From: Patescibacteria group bacterium
Lineage (GTDB): Bacteria > Patescibacteriota > Patescibacteriia > SG8-24
Reading direction: 5' to 3'
Length of the DNA: 58,483 bases
Assembly (NCBI GenBank): GCA_028714475.1
Contig: JAQTNC010000008.1
Location: forward strand, 1-58,483
A model generated the notes under the pieces. It saw nothing but the letters and a program-made list of their open reading frames with translations, was not told the origin of the DNA and made no database searches. Made by a program: the position numbers and the translations under genes. This document shows positions 1 through 8,331 of the stretch, piece after piece (positions within the stretch are counted from its first letter, which is position 1; every line of letters begins with the position of its first letter).

Positions 1-226
1 CAGCAGGAATTTCTCTTTTAATATGCTGGACATCCATTTAGACGATAAAAGGGGTTCCGCGTTACACCAGATGCCCCCTTAGAAACTTTGAACAGTATAT
101 TCATTATTGGCAGGAAAGGCAATGCGGCGGCCAGCCTAGCGGAAATACGGCCGAATGGTTGCGGGTCTTATACGCTGTGAGCCGGATTATTATGTCAGGT
201 CTGGACGTAAAGCGATCAGGTAGGGT

Positions 227-255
227 TTGACAAAACTATAGTTTCTGTCTACAAT
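227..255 (+). promoter_or_regulatory. sigma70-type promoter candidate
   Basis: TTGACA (227-232), 17-bp spacer, TACAAT (250-255) in an AT-rich stretch; points toward the repeat/HTH cassette. Confidence 0.45.
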
Positions 256-419
256 ATTGTGGACTAAACAGGATATTTATTATATTATGGTTAAATCGAC
301 GGCAACCCCGATTCCCTGCTTCGAACCATTGCCAAAGCCGTTAATATCTGCTAATCTGTCCGGTTCGTGGTCCGGGTGGCCTACTGCCCTCGGACCGGTC
401 AGGATATACTGGGTATATA

Positions 420-524
420 GGAATGCCCTTCGCCCCGGCTCCCGGGCCGGGGCGGCGGCGCAGTATTACATTATGGTGCGCCGACTGCATTTCGCTCAGG
501 GAATAAAAATGTTCTGGCCCGACC
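420..524. repeat. 105-bp GC-rich intergenic repeat, copy 1 (long form of the repeat family)
   Basis: Identical over 105 nt to 881-985. Contains hairpins CCCCGGC-TCCCGG-GCCGGGG and GGCGCA-(16 nt AT-rich)-TGCGCC. Confidence 0.9.
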
Positions 525-575
525 CGCGTGGAGGGCCTGCCCCTCGACTCCGCTGCGCTCCGCTCGGGGAAGAAC
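517..575. repeat. 59-bp repeat module (short form: CCCCTCGACTCCGCTGCGCTCCGCTCGGGG core)
   Basis: 58/59 identical, in inverted orientation, to 35564-35622. Confidence 0.85.
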
Positions 576-602
576 AAGGAGAGCCCACGAGGGCAAAAAC
601 TT

Positions 603-878
603 ATGAACCTCATCCGCGTTTCCATTTCTGAAGCCTCCCGCCTGTTCGGCGTTTCGACCAGGACGGTTCGGCGTGCCGTGGCGGAAGGCGAAGTGACGTA
701 TGTCGTCGTGCGCGGCCGGTACAAGCTGAACTTCGAGAGCCTGGTGAAGTGGTCGCAGGCGCGGCCGAAGATCCGCAACAAGCTCGCCCGCGAAGGCATC
801 GGCCAGTTCGTTGACCAGTGGAAGATCCGCAACCGCCTCTACAGCCCGAACCCGAAGGTGCTGGCGAAGGAGGAATGA
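603..878 (+). CDS. helix-turn-helix DNA-binding protein (excisionase/MerR-superfamily HTH_17-like)
   Basis: Frame of ORF 528..878 trimmed to ATG 603, because the upstream part is repeat DNA. MNLIRVSISEASRLFGVSTRTVRRAVAEGEV is a typical HTH. Confidence 0.7.
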   Translation: MNLIRVSISEASRLFGVSTRTVRRAVAEGEVTYVVVRGRYKLNFESLVKWSQARPKIRNKLAREGIGQFVDQWKIRNRLYSPNPKVLAKEE

Positions 879-880
879 TC

Positions 881-985
881 GGAATGCCCTTCGCCCCGGC
901 TCCCGGGCCGGGGCGGCGGCGCAGTATTACATTATGGTGCGCCGACTGCATTTCGCTCAGGGAATAAAAATGTTCTGGCCCGACC
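881..985. repeat. 105-bp GC-rich intergenic repeat, copy 2
   Basis: Perfect direct repeat of 420-524; begins 3 nt after the HTH gene stop. Confidence 0.9.
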
Positions 986-999
986 TTATGGAGGGTCTG

Positions 1000-1075
1000 C
1001 CCCTCGCCCCGGCTCCCGGGCCGGGGCGGCGGCGAAATAATGCACTAAGGTGCGCCGACTGCGCTCCGCTCGGGG
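1000..1075. repeat. repeat-family member (long-form variant)
   Basis: CCCCTCGCCCCGGCTCCCGGGCCGGGGCGGCGGCG-AAATAATGCACTAAGG-TGCGCCGACTGCGCTCCGCTCGGGG; same framework as 420-524 and 5279-5356. Confidence 0.85.
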
Positions 1076-1086
1076 AAGAAATCTAT

Positions 1087-3144
1087 ATGACCATCGGCTA
1101 TCGTCAACACACTGTCATCGTCATCATTGCCGCCGTCGCGCTCGCGACGCTTTTGGCGATGCCGGTTGAGGCGAAGCTGAACGCGCCGGCGGACAAGTTC
1201 GTCCGCACGGCGAACTTCTATTACCGCGCGGGCACGGACATCACGCCCGGCCTCTTCCCCCAACTCGCGAAATACGACGTGCTCGTCCTGCCGTCCGAGG
1301 CGCAGATATTCAACCCGTCGCTCGCCCGCGAACTGAAGAAGCTCAACCCGAACATCACCCTGCTCGCTTACGTGCCGACCAAATCCTGGAACGACACCTA
1401 CTGGACCGACGCGCTTCACGCGAAACTCAAGGCTGGCATCCAGGACGACTGGTGGCTCGTGGATTCGTCCGGCAACCGCGTCTCGGTCTGGCCGGGCACG
1501 ACGATGATCAACACGGTGAGCGGCTGGCAGAATTGGCTGCCGCAATACGTGAAGGACCACGTCATGTCCTCCGGCTTCTGGGACGGCATCATGTACGACG
1601 AATTTTCCGGCAACGTCTCCTGGGTGAACGGCGGGAACATCGACCTCCACCGGACCGGCCAGCGGACCGATCCCGCGCTCGCGGACGTGGCTTGGCAAAG
1701 AGCCACGACCAACATGCTCAAGCGCACGCGCGACCTGCTCGGTCCGGACGCCGTCATCATCACGAACGGCGACTCGACCGACGTCTTCCAGCCGTACGTG
1801 AACGGCCGCGTCTTCGAGTCCTTCCCTACTCCGTGGGAGGCGGGCGGAACCTGGGGCGGCGTCATGGCCAACTACCTGCGCCTCCAGTCGCGCGTCGCCA
1901 AACCGTCAGTCTTCATCGTGAACGCCAACACCGGCGGCAGCGGCAACCAGGCCGACTACCGCAAGGTCCGTTACTCGCTCGGCTCGACGCTCCTCGGCGA
2001 CGGGTTCTTCAGCTTTGACCTGGGCGAAGGCGACCATGGCCAGCTCTGGTGGTACGACGAGTTCAACGCCAACCTCGGCCGGCCGCTTGGCGCGCCGAGC
2101 GAACTCCTCTCCCCTGCCCGCAAGAACGTGGCGGCCGGATTGTGGCGCCGCGATTTCGAGAACGGCATGGTGCTCGTGAACTCGACGGGCGAGACGCATG
2201 CCGTCCGTCTGGATGGCGAGCTAGAAAAGATCCGCGGCACGCAGGCGCCGCAGATCAACGACGGCGCGGTGGTCACTTCCGTGAACGTGCCGCCGAATGA
2301 CGGCCTCATTCTCCTCAAGCCCCTGAACAACCTGCAAGGAACCGGTTTCCCGAATGGCGCGTTCGCCCGCGTCTATGACGCCAAGGGCGCGCAACAACGA
2401 AACGGCTTCTTCTCTTATGTCCGGCCGTTTCCTGGCAACGCTGTGGTCATCATCAAGGACATAGACGGCGACGGCCGGACGGAAAAAACCGTCGGCGCGG
2501 GCGGCCAACTGACCGTCTATGATGCGGACGGCAACCGCAAATGGTCGGCGCGGCCTTTTGGCGACAAGTGGAGCGGCGCGGTCAACGTGGCGGCGGCGGA
2601 CACGAACGGCGACGGCAAGACGGAAATCATCGCCGCTGCCGGAGCCGACACTACGCCACAGGTTCGGGTCTATTCCCCGACTGGCGAGGCGCTCGGGCCG
2701 TCCTTTCTCGCTTTCGCGGCCAACTTCAAGGGCGGCGTGAACGTGGCGGCCGGCGACCTCTATGGAACTGGACGGGCGGCCATCATCGTGGGCGCCGGGC
2801 CGGGCGGCGGGCCGCACGTGCGCGTTTTCAGCCAAGGCGGTCGCCTGCTCAATACCGGCTTCTTCGCCTATGACTCGCGCTTCCGCGGCGGGGTGAGCGT
2901 GGCCGTTGGCGACGTGAACGGCGACGGCAAGACGGAAATCATCACCGGCGCCGGGCCGGGCGGCGGGCCGCACGTGCGCCTCTTCAACCGTTTCGGAACC
3001 TCGCTTGGACGCGGCTTCTTCGTCGGCAGCCAGACCAACCGCGGCGGCGTGAAGGTGGCGGTGGCGGACGCGAACGGCGACGGCCGGCCGGACATCATTG
3101 CCATGACCGCTGACGTTTTCCAGATTTCGGCGTCGGCGCGGTGA
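1087..3144 (+). CDS. secreted glycoside-hydrolase-like (GH114/GHL-type TIM barrel) protein with C-terminal FG-GAP/VCBS repeats
   Basis: Frame of 811..3144 trimmed to ATG 1087. Signal/TM VIVIIAAVALATLLAMPVEA. KYDVLVLPSE...GFWDGIMYDEF resembles GH114-type hydrolases. Repeated DxNGDGKTEI and GPGGGPHVR motifs indicate FG-GAP. Confidence 0.8.
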   Translation: MTIGYRQHTVIVIIAAVALATLLAMPVEAKLNAPADKFVRTANFYYRAGTDITPGLFPQLAKYDVLVLPSEAQIFNPSLARELKKLNPNITLLAYVPTKSWNDTYWTDALHAKLKAGIQDDWWLVDSSGNRVSVWPGTTMINTVSGWQNWLPQYVKDHVMSSGFWDGIMYDEFSGNVSWVNGGNIDLHRTGQRTDPALADVAWQRATTNMLKRTRDLLGPDAVIITNGDSTDVFQPYVNGRVFESFPTPWEAGGTWGGVMANYLRLQSRVAKPSVFIVNANTGGSGNQADYRKVRYSLGSTLLGDGFFSFDLGEGDHGQLWWYDEFNANLGRPLGAPSELLSPARKNVAAGLWRRDFENGMVLVNSTGETHAVRLDGELEKIRGTQAPQINDGAVVTSVNVPPNDGLILLKPLNNLQGTGFPNGAFARVYDAKGAQQRNGFFSYVRPFPGNAVVIIKDIDGDGRTEKTVGAGGQLTVYDADGNRKWSARPFGDKWSGAVNVAAADTNGDGKTEIIAAAGADTTPQVRVYSPTGEALGPSFLAFAANFKGGVNVAAGDLYGTGRAAIIVGAGPGGGPHVRVFSQGGRLLNTGFFAYDSRFRGGVSVAVGDVNGDGKTEIITGAGPGGGPHVRLFNRFGTSLGRGFFVGSQTNRGGVKVAVADANGDGRPDIIAMTADVFQISASAR

Positions 3145-3178
3145 CGAAAGCGCGTAGGAGATATATAATATAGGAAGA

Positions 3179-3232
3179 CCCTTCGACTTCGCCCCCTTCG
3201 CCGCGGGCTCCGGGGGACTCCGCTCAGGGAAT
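3179..3232. repeat. repeat-family member
   Basis: CCCTTCGACTTCGCCCCCTTCGCCGCGGGCTCCGGGGGACTCCGCTCAGGGAAT; ends 10 nt before ATG 3242. Confidence 0.75.
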
Positions 3233-3241
3233 ATTTTTTAT

Positions 3242-5263
3242 ATGAAATCCCGTAAAACCCGACGCCAACCAGAAGAAACCAGCGTCCTGCCCGTCCCAAT
3301 AGAGGAGTTGGCCACCGTTCGCGCCGAAGAAAACGGGAAAAAGGGGCGACGCGGCAATAATTTCTTCATCGGCACCCTGAACGTGTTTTCCGGACTGACC
3401 CAGCCTTTCGCGGATCCGATGCGCAAGGTCTGCTATGAGCCGTTCCAGACACACTGGGAGGAGCGTTATCGGAAGCGTTACCCGCGCCATGGGGGAAAGC
3501 TGCTCATCCTCGACCTCACCCTGCTCGCCGTCTTTGGCGCCTTGCTGGTCGGCGGTCTGTTCTCGTATTTCGTTTTGCCGATTTTTCCCCAGCCGCAGAT
3601 CGTCTCGCTCACCGTGCTCTCCCCCCAGAAAGTCGTCAGCGGCCAGCCGACGGACTTCATCATCAGCTACCGCAACGAAACCGGCTCCCCGCTCGCCTCC
3701 GCCGAGCTGAAGGTCAACCTGCCGGAAGGGTTCGTGCCGGACGAGCCGGCCGGGGCGCAGGAAGAAAATGCGGCTGCGAATACGGCCGCCCCGACGAATG
3801 TCCAAGGGGAAGAGACGACCAGCCAAACCTTCCCCATCGGCGATCTGAAGCCGTTTGGCCAAGGCGAAATCCGCCTCAAGGGCACGATCTTCCTCCCCAT
3901 CGGCCTCAAGACGACACTGGCCGCCGAGTTCATCTACTGGCGTGAGGGCGAATCATCCCCAACGCGGCAGGCCGTCTATAACGAATGGCTGATCGAGGAT
4001 TCGCTCCTCGACGTGGGGTTGCGCACCGAGGACGAGATACTGCGCGGCCGCCAGAATTCCTTCGCCGTCACCTACGTCAACAACGGCGACACACCGATTG
4101 ACGCGGTCATCCGCCTCACGACGCCGGACGATTTCGTGCTGACCGGTGCCCAACCGACCATGACCGGAGCGAATGAGTGGCGATTGCGCGGCATCGAACC
4201 CGGCGCCCGCGGCTCCATTGACGTTTACGGGATTCTCCGCGCCAACGGCGCGCGCGGCGCTGAGCCGAACTTCACCGTTCGCGGTTACCTGTTGCGCGAT
4301 GGGTCGCGCTATCTCACCCAGGAAACCCGCCAGAGCGTGGCGACACTCACGACCGGTTTCGAGATCGGCCAGGAAGTCGCCGAGCCGGCTGGAAGCACCT
4401 CGCTCAAGCCGGGCCAGGAAGTCGCCGTCACCGTGCGCTACCGCAACGGCGGCGACCAACCCATCGAGAACCTGAAAATCACCGTCCAGCCGACGGAACG
4501 TTACGTGGCCATGACGCCCGATGAACAATTGGCCTGGGACAAGGAAACGACCCCCGAACTTCGCAAGGTCGCGCCAGGGACTGAAGGCGAAATCACGGCG
4601 CATTTCCGCGTTCGCCCGGACATCAATCCGGAGCTGATCGGCGCCGACCCGTTCCCGCTCATGGAAATAAAGACCTACGCGGAATACTCGACGCCGGAAC
4701 AGCCGACGAAACCAGTTCACGCGGAAGCGGCAGCGTTGACCCTGCCCATCACGACGGACCTGCAGGCCCATGCCGCCGCCTTCTATTACACCCAGGATGG
4801 CGACCAGGTCGGCGTCGGGCCATTGCCGCCGCGCGTCGGCCAGACGACCAAGTACCGCATCGTCCTGCAGGCGCTCAATTCAACCAATGCCGTTCATGAC
4901 GCGCGCCTGGAGGCCGTCCTGCCCCCCGGCGTGGAATGGACCGGTGTCTTCAGCGTGACACAAGGAGAGCCGCTCGTGCGCCTGCCGGTCGAAAACCGCA
5001 TCCAATGGGAGATTGGCGAAGTGGCCGCCGGCGCGACCGGCCCGGCCGCACCCACCGCCAGTTTTGAGGTTTCCCTGACGCCGACCCCGAACGAAGTCGG
5101 CACGGTCCCGACCCTGCTCAAGGACATTGTAATTTCCGGGCTTGATGCCGTGACGGACGTCAAGGTGCGCGGCATGGCTCCGGCCGTGACCGCCGACCTG
5201 CCGCTCGACGAGAAGGCCAGCGGCACCGGCACGGTCATGCCCGCGAGCGTGAAAACGCCGTAG
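3242..5263 (+). CDS. membrane-anchored protein with repeated Ig-like (DUF11/CARDB-type) beta-sandwich modules
   Basis: 673-aa ORF. TM LTLLAVFGALLVGGLFSYFVL, then repeats such as VLSPQKVVSGQPTDFIISYRNETGSPL. Function unknown. Confidence 0.75.
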   Translation: MKSRKTRRQPEETSVLPVPIEELATVRAEENGKKGRRGNNFFIGTLNVFSGLTQPFADPMRKVCYEPFQTHWEERYRKRYPRHGGKLLILDLTLLAVFGALLVGGLFSYFVLPIFPQPQIVSLTVLSPQKVVSGQPTDFIISYRNETGSPLASAELKVNLPEGFVPDEPAGAQEENAAANTAAPTNVQGEETTSQTFPIGDLKPFGQGEIRLKGTIFLPIGLKTTLAAEFIYWREGESSPTRQAVYNEWLIEDSLLDVGLRTEDEILRGRQNSFAVTYVNNGDTPIDAVIRLTTPDDFVLTGAQPTMTGANEWRLRGIEPGARGSIDVYGILRANGARGAEPNFTVRGYLLRDGSRYLTQETRQSVATLTTGFEIGQEVAEPAGSTSLKPGQEVAVTVRYRNGGDQPIENLKITVQPTERYVAMTPDEQLAWDKETTPELRKVAPGTEGEITAHFRVRPDINPELIGADPFPLMEIKTYAEYSTPEQPTKPVHAEAAALTLPITTDLQAHAAAFYYTQDGDQVGVGPLPPRVGQTTKYRIVLQALNSTNAVHDARLEAVLPPGVEWTGVFSVTQGEPLVRLPVENRIQWEIGEVAAGATGPAAPTASFEVSLTPTPNEVGTVPTLLKDIVISGLDAVTDVKVRGMAPAVTADLPLDEKASGTGTVMPASVKTP

Positions 5264-5278
5264 CGGATGAGATAGGTA

Positions 5279-5356
5279 CCCCTTCGCCCCGGCTCCCGGG
5301 CCGGGGCGGCGGCGAAATATTACATTATGGTGCGCCGACTGCTCTCCGCTCAGGGG
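5279..5356. repeat. repeat-family member (long form)
   Basis: CCCCTTCGCCCCGGCTCCCGGGCCGGGGCGGCGGCG-AAATATTACATTATGG-TGCGCCGACTGCTCTCCGCTCAGGGGAT. Confidence 0.85.
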
Positions 5357-5376
5357 ATATTCAATAAGTAACGAGA

Positions 5377-5399
5377 CCCCCGGATATACCGGGGGTTTT
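5377..5399 (+). terminator. intrinsic terminator candidate
   Basis: CCCCCGG-ATATA-CCGGGGG followed by TTTT, downstream of CDS 3242..5263. Confidence 0.6.
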
Positions 5400-5492
5400 G
5401 ACTTATTTATGAAGAAAATATCGATTTTCCGCGTCGTCGATTGACTGGAAGCCAGCCTAAATTTGATGGGCATTTGTGCTTGGTATCGGCTA

Positions 5493-5521
5493 TTGACAAA
5501 AATCGTTTTTTGTGCTAATTT
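5493..5521 (+). promoter_or_regulatory. sigma70-type promoter candidate
   Basis: TTGACA, 17-bp spacer, TAATTT in an AT-rich gap upstream of the GT4 gene; the leader would include repeat 5584-5667. Confidence 0.35.
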
Positions 5522-5583
5522 TATGCGTCGGCCTTATGGGCGAAAACTGCCCGTTCAGGCTTAAACATCAACTTATATTGAAA

Positions 5584-5667
5584 GCCCCCTCGACTGCGCC
5601 CCGCACCAGTCCCGCGTACCACTCGCTCCGCTCGGGTACGCGGTCCGGTACAGGGCTCCGCTCGGGG
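5584..5667. repeat. repeat-family member
   Basis: GCCCCCTCGACTGCGCC...GTACCACTCGCTCCGCTCGGGTAC...GGCTCCGCTCGGGG; ends 14 nt before ATG 5682. Confidence 0.75.
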
Positions 5668-5681
5668 AATACTGGATACTT

Positions 5682-6848
5682 ATGAAAATCGCCATGATTG
5701 GCCAAAAAGGCATTCCCGCCTCCTCCGGGGGCATCGAGCGGCACGTCGAAGAGATGTCCCGCCGTTTGGGTATGCTCGGCCATGACGTGACGGTTTACAC
5801 CCGCGCTTGGTACGCGCCGGACACAAAATCCGGTGCCGAGCTGATGCCGGGCGTGCGCGCCGCAGTCACCCCTTGCCTCCACACCAAACACCTGGACGCC
5901 ATCACCCATACTTTCATCGCAACCCTGCACGCCATCCGAAACGGTCATGACGTCATCCATTATCACGGCGTCGGGCCGTCGTTGCTCGCCTGGCTGCCGC
6001 GGCTCTTCGCCCCGCGCACGAAAGTCGTAGTGACTTTCCACTGCATCGATCGCCGCCAGCAGAAATGGGGCCGCTTCGCGCGGTTCATGCTCGGCGTCGG
6101 CGAATGGGCCGCCTGCCGGTTCCCGCATGAGACGGTGGTCGTGTCGCGCACCTTGCAGGAATACTGCCGATCCCGATTTGGCCGCGCGACCACTTACGCC
6201 CCGAACGGCGTGACTCCGGCGGCGACAACCAATACAGATAATCTGTCGCGCTGGGGGCTGGAACCGAACGGCTACATCCTGACCGTGGCTCGCCTCATCG
6301 AACCGAAGGGCATTCACTTCCTCGTTGAAGCTTTCCGCGAGCTGAAACGGCGTGGCGCGTCGGCCAATCTCAAGCTCGTCATCGTCGGCGATTCGTCTTT
6401 TACCGATGACTATGCCCGCCGCCTCAAGAGCCAGGCCGCCGACCTTAATGACGTCATCTTCACCGGCGCCTTGGCGGGCGAATCGTTGAACGATCTCTAT
6501 GCCAACTGCCGCGTGTTCTCGCTGCCGTCGGAAACGGAAGGCTTGCCGCTCGTCGTGCTGGAGGCGATGAGCCACGGCCGGCCGGTGTTGGTCTCCGACA
6601 TTCCGGAAATGAAAGAGGCGGTCGGCGTTGCCGGCGTGACCCACCGCTGTCGCGATGCCAAGGATTTGGCCGACAAGCTCGCCGACCTCATCGTCAATCC
6701 GACCGCTGCCGAACAGCTCGGCTTGGCCGGATGTGCGCGTGTTGCTTCCCTCTACTCCTGGGATGAATCGGCCGCTATCGTGAACCAGGTTTACCATGAG
6801 GCCAAAGACCCAACCAACAAATGCCGCGAGGCGGAGTGTCGGTGCTAA
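5682..6848 (+). CDS. glycosyltransferase family 4 (GT-B)
   Basis: MKIAMIGQKGIPASSGGIERHVEE N-terminus; EGLPLVVLEAMSHGRPVLVSD motif. Confidence 0.9.
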   Translation: MKIAMIGQKGIPASSGGIERHVEEMSRRLGMLGHDVTVYTRAWYAPDTKSGAELMPGVRAAVTPCLHTKHLDAITHTFIATLHAIRNGHDVIHYHGVGPSLLAWLPRLFAPRTKVVVTFHCIDRRQQKWGRFARFMLGVGEWAACRFPHETVVVSRTLQEYCRSRFGRATTYAPNGVTPAATTNTDNLSRWGLEPNGYILTVARLIEPKGIHFLVEAFRELKRRGASANLKLVIVGDSSFTDDYARRLKSQAADLNDVIFTGALAGESLNDLYANCRVFSLPSETEGLPLVVLEAMSHGRPVLVSDIPEMKEAVGVAGVTHRCRDAKDLADKLADLIVNPTAAEQLGLAGCARVASLYSWDESAAIVNQVYHEAKDPTNKCREAECRC

Positions 6849-6923
6849 ATGCATCAACAAAGTAACGGCGGTTCGCGCAGAGCGAGCCGCCGTTTTGGTT
6901 TACCTCCGATGAAGATACGCGTA

Positions 6924-6954
6924 CCCCTCGACTCCGCTACGCTCCGCTCGGGGG
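6924..6954. repeat. repeat-family member (short form)
   Basis: CCCCTCGACTCCGCTACGCTCCGCTCGGGGG between the two convergent GT4 genes. Confidence 0.8.
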
Positions 6955-6975
6955 ATAACTGCGAACAAATAAAAC

Positions 6976-8199
6976 TCAAATCCCTTTTGCCCCCGCCGCG
7001 CGATACACCGCCATCACCTGCTCATAATGCCGTTCGGGGGTGAATTCGGTTTCTGCCCAAGCGCGGCCAGCCAAACCCATTCGCTTACACCAGTCCGCAT
7101 CATGCCACAGGCCGTCCATGACCTCGGCCAGGCCGCCAGCATCGCCGGCCGAAACCGGCACGCCGGTCTCGCCTGGCCTCACGAGCTCGGCCAAGCCGCC
7201 AATTTCCGAAGCCACCACCGGCTTGCCGGCCGCGTAAGCCTCAAGGGCCGTGAGGCCAAACACCTCGTACCAAATTGACGGCATGACCACGAACCGCGCG
7301 CCGGCATACTCCGCCGCCAAAGCCGCGCCGCTCTTGAAGCCGCGGAACTCGATGTTACTCGCGCCCAACTCGGCGGCCAGCTTTTTCAGCGCGGTTTCCT
7401 CCGGCCCGGTGCCGACGATGCGCACCGGCACGTGCCGCGACTGTGCCGCGGCGCGCACGAGCGTGGCCACGCCCTTCTCCGCCGACAAGGCGCCAGCGAA
7501 CAACGCGTAATCCCCCGCCCCAACGGCCGGCGTGACGGACAAATCGGCAAAATGCGGCACGTGGACTATTTTCTCCGCCGGCCAGCCGTAATCAGCGAAC
7601 AGCGCCTGCATGAATCGGCTCGGCACGATGATGCGGTCGAGATTGTCCCACAACCCGAGTTTCCGATGAAGCGTCATCTCGGCGGCGCAGAGCGCGCTCG
7701 CCATGAGCGAACCCTTAACGCAACGGTGTTTGACGGCCCGCCAGAAACGGTCAGGCTTCGTCACCTCGCAGATGTTGCCGTCATGAAACAACGCGTAATT
7801 CGGCGCGAGCAAGGCGTAATCATGGGCGGTCAACACCACCGGCAATCCGCGTCGTTTGGCCACCGGCAGGATGGACGGGGAGATCTGATGATAGATGTTA
7901 TGGACATGGATCAGGTCGGGCCGGAACTCGTCGAGCAGGGCGGAAAATTTCCGGCGCGCCTCGAAAGAATACAGGTACCGGGCCGCGGTGCGCAGTCCTT
8001 GCCAGTCATACGCGGTTTTTTCGGTCTGCACCTGGCTCACGAAATATTTTCGCCACGGCGTCGGCGCGTCACGCTCGGTGCGCATGGCGAACGGCGCGAC
8101 CTCGTGGCCGTGCCCCCGCAACAGCCTCTCCAAATCAAAAACGTATCGCTCGGCGCCGCGATGCGGGAAATAATACTTGTTGGCGAAAACTATTCGCAT
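6976..8199 (-). CDS. glycosyltransferase family 4 (GT-B)
   Basis: Frame of 6976..8304 trimmed to ATG 8199, because the upstream part is repeat DNA. MRIVFANKYYFPHRGAERYVF; EVFGLTALEAYAAGKPVVASEIGG. Confidence 0.9.
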   Translation of the reverse strand: MRIVFANKYYFPHRGAERYVFDLERLLRGHGHEVAPFAMRTERDAPTPWRKYFVSQVQTEKTAYDWQGLRTAARYLYSFEARRKFSALLDEFRPDLIHVHNIYHQISPSILPVAKRRGLPVVLTAHDYALLAPNYALFHDGNICEVTKPDRFWRAVKHRCVKGSLMASALCAAEMTLHRKLGLWDNLDRIIVPSRFMQALFADYGWPAEKIVHVPHFADLSVTPAVGAGDYALFAGALSAEKGVATLVRAAAQSRHVPVRIVGTGPEETALKKLAAELGASNIEFRGFKSGAALAAEYAGARFVVMPSIWYEVFGLTALEAYAAGKPVVASEIGGLAELVRPGETGVPVSAGDAGGLAEVMDGLWHDADWCKRMGLAGRAWAETEFTPERHYEQVMAVYRAAGAKGI

Positions 8200-8208
8200 G
8201 GTGGTTTG

Positions 8209-8298
8209 GCCCCCTCGACTCCTCCCTCGACTCGCTTCGCTCGCTCGGGATCCGCTCGGGGAATAACAAGGTTCTGCCCCGAGCCTGTCGAGGGGCAG
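8209..8298. repeat. repeat-family member with terminal hairpin CTGCCCC-N11-GGGGCAG
   Basis: GCCCCCTCGACTCCTCCCTCGACTCGCTTCGCTCGCTCGGGATCCGCTCGGGGAATAAC...TTCTGCCCCGAGCCTGTCGAGGGGCAG. Confidence 0.8.
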
Positions 8299-8331
8299 GA
8301 ACAAAACAAACCCAACTGTTTCGACGCTCTT

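Noticed and set aside
1-40. Possible start of a minus-strand gene leaving the window (ATGGATGTCCAGCATATTAAAAGAGAAATTCCTGCTG)
   Set aside because: Only about 12 codons are visible and there is no RBS, which is insufficient to call.
260-420. Known small RNAs (SRP/4.5S, 6S, RNase P) downstream of the consensus promoter
   Set aside because: No conserved SRP domain IV motif (GGAA...AGCA symmetric loop) or other diagnostic motif was recognisable by eye. This needs an Infernal scan.
257-951. ORFs 257..631, 341..832 and 610..951
   Set aside because: They translate the 105-bp repeats and their flanks. The same peptide (NALRPGSRAGAAAQYYIMVRRLHFAQGIKMFWPD) recurs only because the DNA repeat recurs. 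The HTH gene at 603..878 explains the coding signal.
811-1086. N-terminal extensions of ORF-track models (811..1086; 8200..8304; 11326..11574; 22258..22383; 24918..25070; 55167..55241; 56730..56795)
   Set aside because: The extensions run through repeats, tRNA-like elements or a terminator, and use TTG or far-upstream starts. Internal ATGs with an RBS and native-looking N-termini (signal peptides, conserved family starts) are preferred.
5568-6860. 430-aa minus-strand ORF
   Set aside because: It is antisense to the GT4 gene, which has clear family motifs, and its translation has no recognisable features.
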